DNA of 64,000 bases, from positions 51,123-115,122 of the forward strand of contig JAPLEZ010000145.1 of the NCBI GenBank assembly GCA_026390935.1. Direction: 5' to 3'. Below the pieces are notes generated by a model. The model saw only the letters and a program-made list of their open reading frames with translations. It was not told the DNA's origin and ran no database searches. Positions 1-9,481 of the stretch are shown piece by piece. Position numbers and translations under genes: made by a program. The stretch's first letter is position 1. Every line of letters starts with the position of its first letter. The stretch comes from Bacteroidota bacterium (GTDB lineage Bacteria > Bacteroidota > Bacteroidia > Flavobacteriales_C > GCA-002722245).

Positions 1-1
1 T

Positions 2-568
2 TTTCAAAATAATTGGGGAAAAAACTTCTCTGCTGAACAAACCAATTTGATATTTGATGGGATTGGATACTACCACGCATTATACAAAAGAAGAAAAACA
101 ATTATTGGCAAATCAATTCCTGAAGTCGTAAATACTGCCTCAAGAAAATCATTTGATCAAGGCGTAGGAAGAAGAATTTGGTACCTCTGCAAAGGCAACA
201 TTGCTGAGCTGCAAAATATAACTACTGCCTTTGAACTCAGTCGCCAAAGCGACCTGTGGAGAGGAATTGGAACTGCTTGCGGATATGTTGGCGGACTTGA
301 TGACCACGGACTATTAACCTTGAGTTCAAATGACAATAAATTTCAAGCGAATTTTCGCTCCGGATTCGCGGCAGCAATGTTTAGTCGATATAAGTCTGAT
401 GCTATATCCGACACAATAAAACGCGAGTGTGAAATGGTGTGCAAGTTTTCATTTGAAGATTTAATCAGTAATCTTACAAAAGAAAACGAGGAGAAATCCT
501 CAGTAACATACCCCTTGATCGCTGAATTTGAAAATGAATTAAATAAAATAACGATTGATAAACACTAA
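2..568 (+). CDS. hypothetical protein, 5'-truncated by the window edge (possibly DUF1702-like)
   Basis: The frame stays open from nt 2 with no stop upstream of the TTG at 47, so the N-terminus lies outside the window. Gly/Trp-containing repeats are present (GVGRRIWY, LWRGIGTACGYVGG). The family assignment is from memory only. Confidence 0.5.
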   Translation, partial: FQNNWGKNFSAEQTNLIFDGIGYYHALYKRRKTIIGKSIPEVVNTASRKSFDQGVGRRIWYLCKGNIAELQNITTAFELSRQSDLWRGIGTACGYVGGLDDHGLLTLSSNDNKFQANFRSGFAAAMFSRYKSDAISDTIKRECEMVCKFSFEDLISNLTKENEEKSSVTYPLIAEFENELNKITIDKH

Positions 569-578
569 ACAATAAGCC

Positions 579-1706
579 ATGAAACCAAAAATATTTTTAA
601 TAGCCTTCGTTTTCCTTTTTGTGAATTCTTGCACCATAGAAAAAAGAATTTACAATGATGGATTTCACGTTCAAATGAAAGGAAATTACAAACATGTAGC
701 GCAGGAAAATAAGCAAGCCAAAACTAAAAAAGAAGATCTTAAAATTAGCAAAGTAGCGCTTGTTAATTCTGTCGAAGAACCCGAATCCTCTAGCGAATCA
801 CTGCAGCTTACGCCTGCTTCATATGCAAATCCGGCGAACAATCAGGGGAATTTATTGCAAGAGCATAAAGCAACTTTAATGGTTGCGGCAGCCAGTTCAA
901 ATTCAAACAAGAAATCAGAAAAAGATTCTTCAATTGAAAACACGCTGAAATCAAAAAGTGGAGACAACGTAATTTATCTATCAGCCATAGCGATGTCACT
1001 CGCGGTAATCGCTCTCTACAAATCACGAAAAAAGCAACTTGCAAAACTAACAAGATGGGCAAAAGCAAATCCGAGAAAAGCCCAGGGACTAATAGCCACA
1101 TTGCAATTGGGCCTTTCAGGTTTAGCGCTGTACTCAGGATACAACTTAAGACAATTGGGTTTTCATCTTTCAAGTAATGCTAATTATTTATGGCTGTCGT
1201 TGTCGGCAGCAGGATTTTTAGCAACTCCTTTTTTAGCAAAAAAAGCCAATATTACTTTGCCAAAGACTTTGAATTTCAACAGACTTAAATTCCTGGGTAT
1301 CACGATCTCTTCATTGATGTTACTTACCAATCTTGGGAATACCATCAACACCACCCATCCTACTTCTTTCTTAGCCAAAACACTTTCTTATGCAGACCAA
1401 TCCATAGTAAAGCCTGAAAGCAAGCAAAGCAACACCACAACCATTGACAAAACAGAATCTCAAAACAAGCACACCCGATTAATGCTAAGCGCAGGAATGT
1501 GTGTGGCAGCTGTATTGCTAACATTGGTGCTTTTGATTCCGCTTTGCGCAGGAATTTGCTTAATCTATTTTGGGGTTGCTGGTTTAGGAGCAGCCGCCAC
1601 CTCAGGATCAATATTTATGTTATTAGGAGGAGTGTTGCTCACTATCCTCTCCATTCTTGGAATAAGGAGTTCAATAAAATTATGTGCAAAACCTTCTAAA
1701 GAATAA
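579..1706 (+). CDS. polytopic membrane lipoprotein, unknown function
   Basis: ATG start, signal peptide with lipobox (FLFVNSC), Ser/Asn-rich linker, then several hydrophobic helices with Cys-rich terminal helices. No family recognised. Confidence 0.6.
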   Translation: MKPKIFLIAFVFLFVNSCTIEKRIYNDGFHVQMKGNYKHVAQENKQAKTKKEDLKISKVALVNSVEEPESSSESLQLTPASYANPANNQGNLLQEHKATLMVAAASSNSNKKSEKDSSIENTLKSKSGDNVIYLSAIAMSLAVIALYKSRKKQLAKLTRWAKANPRKAQGLIATLQLGLSGLALYSGYNLRQLGFHLSSNANYLWLSLSAAGFLATPFLAKKANITLPKTLNFNRLKFLGITISSLMLLTNLGNTINTTHPTSFLAKTLSYADQSIVKPESKQSNTTTIDKTESQNKHTRLMLSAGMCVAAVLLTLVLLIPLCAGICLIYFGVAGLGAAATSGSIFMLLGGVLLTILSILGIRSSIKLCAKPSKE

Positions 1707-1709
1707 GCA

Positions 1710-2438
1710 ATGAATTGCGCATTAATCACCGGCGCTTCCAAGGGAATAGGAAAGGCCATTGCATTGCAACTTTCACAGGATTACCACCTGCATATTTTGT
1801 TGAATTATTCGGCAGATCAGGTGGCTGCGCTTGAGACCTTGGATATGATCACAAAATTAGGAGGCAGTGCAGAGCTCGTCCCATTCAAAGTTCAAAACAA
1901 AACTGAAGTTGACACCGCGCTAGATACCTGGCAAAAAAACAATCCGGATAAATTTATCAGTGTTCTGGTGAACAACGCTGGCATCACAAAAAATGGATTT
2001 TTTATGTGGATGCCGGAGCAAAGCTGGGACGAAGTCGTTGACATTTCTTTGAAAGGAATGTTTAATGTTACTCAAAATGTGATCAGAAAAATGCTGCACA
2101 ACAAACAAGGTCGCGTCATCAACATTGTTTCTTTATCGGGAACCAAAGGAGTAGCGGGCCAAACAAACTATTCAGCTGCCAAAGCAGGAATGATTGGCGC
2201 TACAAAATCGTTGGCGCAAGAAGTAGCTAAAATGAACATTACTGTAAACGCTGTTGCTCCTGGATTTATTAATACCGACATGATAAAGAATTTGGACATG
2301 CCGAATTACTTAAAAATGATTCCAGCAGGTAGAGTAGGTGAACCAGAAGAAGTTGCACACTTAGTTAGTTTCTTGGCTTCAAGCAAAGCAGCTTACCTCA
2401 CGGGCGAAACAATTAGTATAAACGGTGGACTTCAATAA
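1710..2438 (+). CDS. 3-oxoacyl-ACP reductase (SDR, FabG-like ketoreductase)
   Basis: TGASKGIGKA Rossmann motif, NNAG, catalytic YSAAK, 242 aa. First gene of a tightly coupled operon. Confidence 0.85.
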   Translation: MNCALITGASKGIGKAIALQLSQDYHLHILLNYSADQVAALETLDMITKLGGSAELVPFKVQNKTEVDTALDTWQKNNPDKFISVLVNNAGITKNGFFMWMPEQSWDEVVDISLKGMFNVTQNVIRKMLHNKQGRVINIVSLSGTKGVAGQTNYSAAKAGMIGATKSLAQEVAKMNITVNAVAPGFINTDMIKNLDMPNYLKMIPAGRVGEPEEVAHLVSFLASSKAAYLTGETISINGGLQ

Positions 2439-2440
2439 AC

Positions 2441-2857
2441 ATGGTGATTGATAAAAATCAAATACAAAACTACATTCCGCACCGAGCGCCTTTTGTGATG
2501 GTTGACAACGTACTTTCTTGTTCCAGCGAAAAAATTGAAACAAATTTTTTCATTTCACAAGACAATGTTTTTGTGGATAACAATCAATTTCAAGAATTTG
2601 GAATGCTTGAAAACATTGCACAAAGCGCAGCAGCAGGAATTTCTCTATTAAACAAAAACCTAAAAGAAACACCTTCTGAAGGCTTCCTTGGAGCAATTAC
2701 AAAACTTAATTTATTTGCCTACTGCTCAGCAAATGAAACAATCACTACCACCATTTATCCTCTTCAACAATTAGGCAATTTATACTTAATTAAAGGAGAG
2801 GTTTTTTACAACAATAACAAACTATTAGAGTGTGAATTAAAACTTGCTGGAATATGA
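2441..2857 (+). CDS. hotdog-fold 3-hydroxyacyl-ACP dehydratase-like protein
   Basis: 138 aa with the N-terminal IPHRAPFVMVD motif typical of FabZ/ApeP-like hotdog proteins. Starts 2 nt after the KR gene. Confidence 0.6.
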   Translation: MVIDKNQIQNYIPHRAPFVMVDNVLSCSSEKIETNFFISQDNVFVDNNQFQEFGMLENIAQSAAAGISLLNKNLKETPSEGFLGAITKLNLFAYCSANETITTTIYPLQQLGNLYLIKGEVFYNNNKLLECELKLAGI

Positions 2858-3123
2858 ACGTAGATGAACTAAAATACACATTGAAAAAACAAATCATTGA
2901 AGAGCTAAATCTTGAAGAACTTACTCCAGAAGATATTGATGACGATGCTCCTTTATTTGGGACTGGATTGGGACTGGACTCTATCGATTCACTTGAATTA
3001 GTGGTTATCATGGAGAAGTTTCATCAGGTAAGAATTCCCGATGAAATTATTGGTAAAGAAGTACTTCAATCCATTAACACGATGGCCAATTTTATTGTCA
3101 AGGAAAGAGAGAAAACACAATGA
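2854..3123 (+). CDS. acyl carrier protein
   Basis: 89 aa with the phosphopantetheine attachment motif LGLDSIDSLELV. ATGA overlap with the upstream gene. Confidence 0.8.
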   Translation: MNVDELKYTLKKQIIEELNLEELTPEDIDDDAPLFGTGLGLDSIDSLELVVIMEKFHQVRIPDEIIGKEVLQSINTMANFIVKEREKTQ

Positions 3124-4286
3124 AAATTTATATCACAGGAATTGGTGATGTAAGTGCTATTGGATTAAATGCAGAAGAAAATTTCAACTCACTACAAGCT
3201 GGAATAAGTGGAATAAAAAAATCTGCTCAGCACGGTATCATGCTGGGAGAAGTAGCGCTCAGCAATCAAGAAATTTGTGAACTTTTCAAATTACCTGCTT
3301 ACGATTATTCAAGAAGCACCTTACTGGGATTATTAGCTGCAAAAGAGGCCTGGAAGGAAAATACTTCCATTAAAGAAATTAAAACAGGAATGATTTCGGC
3401 AACGTCTATTGGTGGTTTGGATAAAATGGAGCAGTACCATTTTGATTCTTTAAATACTGCCTCAACAACATCCCGAAATAAAATGGTACACGACAACGGT
3501 AGAAGCACCGAGAAAATAGCAGAAACAATGGGAATCAGCGGCATGATTGGCACCATTTCCACCGCTTGTTCTTCCGGCGCAAACTCAATTATGCATGGAG
3601 CCCGTTTGATGAAAGCCAAAAAGCTTGATCGCGTTTTAGTGGGTGGTATTGATCCGCTCGCCATATTTAATATCAAAGGTTTTGGATCATTAAATATTTT
3701 GGACCCTACTCATTGCAAGCCCTTTGATGACAATAGAAAGGGATTAAATTTAGGTGAAGGGGCTGCATTTCTATTGCTTGAAAACGAGCACAGCCTCTCT
3801 ATAACGAAAAACGAAGCTTTGTGTGCGCTTACTGGCTGGAATAATTCCACAGATGCCTTTCATCAAACCGCCAGTTCAACAACTGGCATAGGCGCTACCA
3901 TCACCATGAAGAAAGCACTAGAGCAAGCAAATTTAAGCACAAGTGATATTGATTACATCAATGCGCATGGCACTGGAACAGGCAACAATGATCTTTCTGA
4001 ATCAAGTGCATTTATTAATGTTTTTGGCGATAGGATGCCTGCGTTTAGTTCTACAAAATCCTTCACCGGTCACACCTTAGCTGCTGCTGGAGCAATTGAA
4101 GCCGCTTACTGCGTGCACTCAATTATTGCGCAAAAACGCTTGCCAAATCTTTTTTACAAAACGGCAATGAAGGAAACTGGTCTTGTTCCTGAAACCGAAT
4201 ATTCCTCAGCCCGAATTAGAAACGTATTAACAAACTCCTTTGGCTTTGGAGGCAATTGCTCAAGCTTAATTTTTAGCCAATTATAA
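3120..4286 (+). CDS. beta-ketoacyl-ACP synthase (KS, FabF/FabB family)
   Basis: Active-site Cys in ISTACSSGAN, His motifs DAFHQTA and NAHGTGT, and KSFTGHTLAAAG. 388 aa. Confidence 0.85.
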   Translation: MKIYITGIGDVSAIGLNAEENFNSLQAGISGIKKSAQHGIMLGEVALSNQEICELFKLPAYDYSRSTLLGLLAAKEAWKENTSIKEIKTGMISATSIGGLDKMEQYHFDSLNTASTTSRNKMVHDNGRSTEKIAETMGISGMIGTISTACSSGANSIMHGARLMKAKKLDRVLVGGIDPLAIFNIKGFGSLNILDPTHCKPFDDNRKGLNLGEGAAFLLLENEHSLSITKNEALCALTGWNNSTDAFHQTASSTTGIGATITMKKALEQANLSTSDIDYINAHGTGTGNNDLSESSAFINVFGDRMPAFSSTKSFTGHTLAAAGAIEAAYCVHSIIAQKRLPNLFYKTAMKETGLVPETEYSSARIRNVLTNSFGFGGNCSSLIFSQL

Positions 4287-4287
4287 A

Positions 4288-5241
4288 ATGTACATCACTT
4301 CATCGTCTACTATATCCTACCAGCCTACCTTTAAAAACAAAGGCTTTTCAGCACGCCTAACAGCGCTGCAACAAAATGGTGCTTTAATGGAACCCGACTA
4401 TAGTGAAAACATCGCGCCAATGGACAGAAGACGAATGAGCGCAGGCATGAAAATGTCCATATGTTGCATGTTAGATTGTTTAGCACAAAGCATGATCACG
4501 CAACCAGAAGCCATAATTGTTGGCACCGCCATGGGCTGCAGCTTGAACACAAAAATATTTTTAGAAAAAATTCATTCTGCTGGAGATGGCCTTATAGCAC
4601 CTACATCCTTTATCTCCTCAACCCACAACACCATCGCTGGTCAAATATCATTGTTGCTTAAAAATCATGCATACAACAACACGCATACGCACAACAGCTT
4701 GTCGTTTGAACATGCCTTGATTGATGCGTCCTTGTGTTTAAATGAAGGTTGCACAAGCGCATTGGTTGGTGCGGCCGATGAATTTGAAAACGACTTATAC
4801 AACATGAACGAAAGGTTGAATTTGCCCCAAATCGTTGAAGCCAGCGGAGCATCTTTCTTCACCATTCAATCCAAGATCAATACAGCAAGTGCAATAATTT
4901 TGAAGGCAGTGGATGTGTGTGTTCTTGCGACCGATTTGCAGGAAACCACATTAAATTTTTTGGAGAGCAATCAAATAAATATCCACAGCATTGACCTCGT
5001 TTTGTTTTCCCAATCAACGAACCACACTTCAGAAATACTTGAAAGAATTTTCCCTCATCAACAAAAAATTAATTACCAAAATCTATCCGGAACGTATTTT
5101 ACCAATTCTGCATTTGCGCTGCACTTTGCTTGCGACATGCTTGAGCAAAACAAAGCGGTAAAATCTGTATTGATTTTGAATAATCTTATTCCCGAAAATT
5201 TAGGTTTAATGTACATTCAAAAAGAAGAAATTGTCGGATGA
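4288..5241 (+). CDS. KS-like partner subunit (chain-length-factor-like, catalytic His motifs absent)
   Basis: 317 aa, thiolase-fold-like (VGTAMGCS, SSTHNTIAGQISL) but with no HGTGT or HxT motifs. Sits immediately after the KS. Confidence 0.6.
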   Translation: MYITSSSTISYQPTFKNKGFSARLTALQQNGALMEPDYSENIAPMDRRRMSAGMKMSICCMLDCLAQSMITQPEAIIVGTAMGCSLNTKIFLEKIHSAGDGLIAPTSFISSTHNTIAGQISLLLKNHAYNNTHTHNSLSFEHALIDASLCLNEGCTSALVGAADEFENDLYNMNERLNLPQIVEASGASFFTIQSKINTASAIILKAVDVCVLATDLQETTLNFLESNQINIHSIDLVLFSQSTNHTSEILERIFPHQQKINYQNLSGTYFTNSAFALHFACDMLEQNKAVKSVLILNNLIPENLGLMYIQKEEIVG

Positions 5242-5627
5242 AGCTACATGGTGAATTTTATACCTTGCGTGAAGTAACAGAAAAAGAAAACGGATTTTCT
5301 GCTGAAATTGATCTTCAAAAAAAACACCTCATATATGAAGGGCATTTCCCCAATCAACCAGTAACACCGGGAGTAATACAACTTAAAATCGTTCATGAGT
5401 TATTGGAACACTTTCTAAAAAGAAAACTTCAGCTGGTTTCAATGTCGCACTGCAAATTTCTAAAAGCGATCAATCCTAACTTAATTTCGTCGATCAGCTT
5501 GAGCGTAAACTTATTGGAAAGCGAAAGTGAGTTAAAAGTAAATGCACAAAGTAAATATGGAAATGAAATATTATTTAAAATGAGCGCCGTCTATCACCAA
5601 AAAAAGACGCTTCCACTTGAGCTCTAA
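5238..5627 (+). CDS. FabZ/FabA-like 3-hydroxyacyl-ACP dehydratase
   Basis: EGHFPNQPVTPGV catalytic His motif, 129 aa, ATGA overlap with the upstream gene. Confidence 0.65.
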   Translation: MKLHGEFYTLREVTEKENGFSAEIDLQKKHLIYEGHFPNQPVTPGVIQLKIVHELLEHFLKRKLQLVSMSHCKFLKAINPNLISSISLSVNLLESESELKVNAQSKYGNEILFKMSAVYHQKKTLPLEL

Positions 5628-5643
5628 ATGCTAGAACAATAAA

Positions 5644-6639
5644 TTAAATCAATTTATCCTGCAAAGCCACCATCGTGCGCTTGGCATTTTTCCCCTGATA
5701 GATAATGTCATAAACCGATTGGAAAATTGGCATTTCCACATTCAATGTTTGCTTGATCTCATGAATACATTTGGTGGCGTAATATCCTTCCGCAACCATA
5801 TTCATTTCCAGCATGGTGTGCTTCACAGAATATCCCTTTCCTATCATGTTCCCAAAGGTACGGTTACGACTGAATTGTGAATAGCAGGTAACGAGCAAAT
5901 CGCCAAGATATGCCGAGCTTTTTACATCGCGGTGAACCGGACTCACCTTATCCAGAAAAAACTCCGCTTCCCGAATGGAATTTGAAATAAGCACAGCCTG
6001 AAAATTATCTCCGTAACCCAAACCGTGACAAATACCACTAGCGATAGCGTACACGTTTTTCATTACAGCGCAGTATTCTGTTCCCAATAAATCATCGTTG
6101 TAGGATGTATTGATATAACGCGCCTTTAAAAGTTGTGTGAACTCTATTGCTTTAGCTTCTTCATGAAAAGCTACAGTGAGGTACGATAATCTTTCCAAAG
6201 CTACTTCCTCTGCGTGACAAGGACCGGCAATGATACCAATGTTGTTGATGTCCGCATCCCATACCTGACTGAAATAATCGGCAGGAATTAAGTTGTATTG
6301 CGGAACAATTCCCTTGATTGCAGAAATTATTATTTTGTCTTTAAAATCTTCCTTGGTGCAACCGTCAAATGATTCATGCAAAAATGCTGATGGAATGGCT
6401 ACCACCAAAATATCACACTTAGCAATGACCTCACGGATATTATCATTGAGCACCAACTTAGAAACATTAAACTCCACATCCCTTAAATATTTAGGATTGT
6501 GGTGATAGGTTTGAATATGCTCAATCGACGATGCATCTCTCATCCACCAATTCAATTGCTCCACATTGTTGAGCAAAATTTTGGCAAGCGCTGTGGCCCA
6601 GCTTCCTCCTCCTAATATACCAATGGATCTTGTTTTCAT
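5644..6639 (-). CDS. gpsA: NAD(P)H-dependent glycerol-3-phosphate dehydrogenase
   Basis: IGILGGGSWATALA dinucleotide fold and full-length GpsA-like sequence. The ATG at 6639 overlaps the lysS stop by 1 nt. An upstream GTG at 6654 is an alternative start. Confidence 0.9.
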   Translation of the reverse strand: MKTRSIGILGGGSWATALAKILLNNVEQLNWWMRDASSIEHIQTYHHNPKYLRDVEFNVSKLVLNDNIREVIAKCDILVVAIPSAFLHESFDGCTKEDFKDKIIISAIKGIVPQYNLIPADYFSQVWDADINNIGIIAGPCHAEEVALERLSYLTVAFHEEAKAIEFTQLLKARYINTSYNDDLLGTEYCAVMKNVYAIASGICHGLGYGDNFQAVLISNSIREAEFFLDKVSPVHRDVKSSAYLGDLLVTCYSQFSRNRTFGNMIGKGYSVKHTMLEMNMVAEGYYATKCIHEIKQTLNVEMPIFQSVYDIIYQGKNAKRTMVALQDKLI

Positions 6640-8363
6640 TAAACTACCATCCACGCTTTTACCTCATCCAGCGTTGGAAGGGCAGTTTCAATTTTATTTT
6701 TCTTTCTGAAACCAGCAATCTCCTGATGCAGTTTATTTGGGTTGGCTGCCTTCAATAATTCTATGGTTTTGTATCCTGATTTGATCACTGCGGCAATCCA
6801 AACCTCAGGAACACCAAGCGCAACATATTCATCATTAGAAGCCACCTTTTCCTTTTTCTCTGGTCGCATTTGCGGGAAGAACAAAACATCTTGAATAGAG
6901 TTTGAGTTGGTCATGATCATCGTCAAACGATCAATCCCGATACCCAATCCTGCCGTTGGCGGCATTCCATATTCAATGGCTCGAAGAAAATCTTCATCCA
7001 GCATCATTGCTTCCTCATCACCACGTTTTCCTAATTCAAGCTGATCTTCAAATCGCTTACGCTGATCAATTGGATCATTGAGCTCGGAGTATGCATTACA
7101 AATTTCTTTTCCGTTGCAGATGCACTCAAAACGCTCCACCAATCCTTCGTGTGTGCGATGTTTTTTGGCCAATGGCGACATTTCCACCGGGTAATCGGTA
7201 ATGAAGGTCGGCTGAATCAATTTAGGCTCACATTTTTCACCAAAAATCTCATCGATTATTTTTGCTTTCCCCATCGTTTCATCTACAGGAACACCTATTT
7301 TTTTAGCAGCTTCGCGAAGTCCAGCTTCATCTAATGCAGCAATGTCAATTCCAGTGAAATGCTGTATGGCTTCAAACATGGTGTAGCGCTTCCAAGGTCG
7401 TTCAAAATTGATGAGATTTTCACCCACCTGTACTTCTGTTTTATCGTGCAAATCCGTAGCAATTTTCTCCACCATTTCTTCCACCATGTCCATCATCCAG
7501 TTGTAGTCTTTATAGGCTACGTAGAGCTCCATTTGCGTAAACTCCGGATTGTGAAAACGACTCATTCCTTCGTTGCGGAAATCTTTAGCGAATTCATAAA
7601 CACCGTCAAATCCGCCCACAATCAATCTTTTCAGATATAATTCATTGGCGATTCTTAAGTATAAAGTCTGATCTAAAGTATTGTGATGTGTTTTAAACGG
7701 CCTTGCTGCTGCTCCTCCATACAACGACTGAAGAATAGGAGTTTCCACTTCAAGGTAACCTTTCTCATTTAAGAAATGACGCATGGAATTGGTGAGTTGA
7801 GTACGTTGAATAAACGCTTTTTTCACCTGAGGATTCACAATTAAATCCACATAACGCTGACGATATCTTTGCTCAGTATCGGTAAAGGCATCGTGTACCT
7901 TTCCTTCGGCATCTTCTACCGGCATTGGCAAATTGCGAAGGGTTTTAGCCAACAACTTAATTTCTGTAACGTGAATAGAAATTTCACCCACTTGCGTGGT
8001 AAAAACATACCCTTTCACGCCAATGATGTCACCGATATCTAAAATTTTCTTGAAAAAATCGTTGTATAAAAACTTGTCTTCTCCCGGACAAAGATCGTCG
8101 CGATTGATGTACAATTGTATCTTTCCTGTTGAATCCTGCAACTCAGCAAAAGAGGCTTTTCCCATGATGCGCTGACGCATCAATCTTCCGGCGATACTAA
8201 TATTCTTATATCCTATTTTATCTGTTTGATAATTGCTGTGTATTTCTTTGGCAGAGCAGTTTACTTCAAAAAGCTCGGCAGGATAGGGATTGATTCCCGC
8301 ATCTATCGCTTTTTTCAGATTTTCCCGTCTAACTAATTCTTGCTCGGAAAGTTCAATTGACAT
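6639..8363 (-). CDS. lysS: lysine--tRNA ligase (class II) with a C-terminal extension
   Basis: OB anticodon-binding domain plus class II motifs (FRNEGMSRFHNPEFT, GLGIGIDRL). 574 aa, with about 70 extra C-terminal residues. Confidence 0.95.
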   Translation of the reverse strand: MSIELSEQELVRRENLKKAIDAGINPYPAELFEVNCSAKEIHSNYQTDKIGYKNISIAGRLMRQRIMGKASFAELQDSTGKIQLYINRDDLCPGEDKFLYNDFFKKILDIGDIIGVKGYVFTTQVGEISIHVTEIKLLAKTLRNLPMPVEDAEGKVHDAFTDTEQRYRQRYVDLIVNPQVKKAFIQRTQLTNSMRHFLNEKGYLEVETPILQSLYGGAAARPFKTHHNTLDQTLYLRIANELYLKRLIVGGFDGVYEFAKDFRNEGMSRFHNPEFTQMELYVAYKDYNWMMDMVEEMVEKIATDLHDKTEVQVGENLINFERPWKRYTMFEAIQHFTGIDIAALDEAGLREAAKKIGVPVDETMGKAKIIDEIFGEKCEPKLIQPTFITDYPVEMSPLAKKHRTHEGLVERFECICNGKEICNAYSELNDPIDQRKRFEDQLELGKRGDEEAMMLDEDFLRAIEYGMPPTAGLGIGIDRLTMIMTNSNSIQDVLFFPQMRPEKKEKVASNDEYVALGVPEVWIAAVIKSGYKTIELLKAANPNKLHQEIAGFRKKNKIETALPTLDEVKAWMVV

Positions 8364-8390
8364 ATAAAATCTCTTTGATGATTAACTTCG

Positions 8391-8398
8391 CAAACGTA
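8391..8398 (-). promoter_or_regulatory. putative Bacteroidota sigma-A -7 box (TAcgTTTG) for lysS
   Basis: The reverse complement reads TACGTTTG, 28 nt upstream of the lysS ATG. Matches the TAnnTTTG consensus. Confidence 0.4.
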
Positions 8399-8494
8399 AG
8401 TGATTTTTGACTATTTACATAGAGTAGATATCCACAATTTTACTATTTTCGTGAACATCTCCATAATAGGACAAAAGCTTAAATTAAAAAAAGA

Positions 8495-9481
8495 ATGAAA
8501 AAACTAGTTGAACTCTTTCCTGCACAGTTAAAAAAAGCAATAGAAATAGGCAAAAGCACCACTTTCAAACCCGCTAAAAACGAAATTAAAAATGTACTGA
8601 TCTGCGGTTTAGGCGGCTCAGGAATAGGCGGAACCATTGTAAGTCAAATCATTCAAAACGAAATAAAAGTTCCGGTTTTAACTTGCAACGATTACCACAT
8701 TCCGGCTTTTGTAAATGAAAATACTTTAGTAATCGCTTCTTCCTACTCAGGAAACACAGAAGAGACTTTGCTCACCGTAGAGCAAGCCATTAAAGCGAAA
8801 GCGGAAATTGCAGCGGTCACTACTGGAGGAAAAGTTTTAGAAATATGCAAAGAACATGGTTTCAATTACATTTTGAATCCGGGAGGAATGCCTCCTCGAT
8901 CTACCATGGGTTATTCGGTAACACAACAGTTGTTTATCTTAGAAAAATACGGTCTCATTTCAAGTAAATATACCGCACAATTGGCTACTGCAGCCGATTT
9001 ACTGCTGAGCGAAAAAGAAAGTATTATCAAAATTGCTGACGAACTGGCCACAAAATTATTGAACAAAATTCCAGTGATATACAGTGCCGATAACTACGAA
9101 GGCGTTGCAGTTCGCTTCCGCCAGCAAATCAACGAAAACTCCAAAATGTTGTCGTGGCATCATAAACTACCGGAATTGTGTCACAACGAAATTGTAGGCT
9201 GGACAGAATCACATATAGATATGGCTCTTGTGGTTTTCCGTAATGAAGATGATTTTTACAGAACGGCTAAACGTACCGATTTCACCATCAGCAAAATCAA
9301 ACCTCTAGTAAGTTCGGTAACCGAGCTATATTCCAAAGGATCTTCCATGCTGGAAAAAGCATTTTACTTTGTTCACTTAGGAGACTGGGTTTCTGTGCTC
9401 ATTGCAGAAAAAAGAAATATTGATCCGGTGGAAATTGTGGTGATTGATGAATTGAAAGAGGCCCTGGCATCACTGAAATGA
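8495..9481 (+). CDS. SIS-domain bifunctional phosphoglucose/phosphomannose isomerase family protein
   Basis: CGLGGSGIGG and SYSGNTEETL SIS motifs. 328 aa, typical of the bacterial PGI/PMI family. Confidence 0.7.
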   Translation: MKKLVELFPAQLKKAIEIGKSTTFKPAKNEIKNVLICGLGGSGIGGTIVSQIIQNEIKVPVLTCNDYHIPAFVNENTLVIASSYSGNTEETLLTVEQAIKAKAEIAAVTTGGKVLEICKEHGFNYILNPGGMPPRSTMGYSVTQQLFILEKYGLISSKYTAQLATAADLLLSEKESIIKIADELATKLLNKIPVIYSADNYEGVAVRFRQQINENSKMLSWHHKLPELCHNEIVGWTESHIDMALVVFRNEDDFYRTAKRTDFTISKIKPLVSSVTELYSKGSSMLEKAFYFVHLGDWVSVLIAEKRNIDPVEIVVIDELKEALASLK

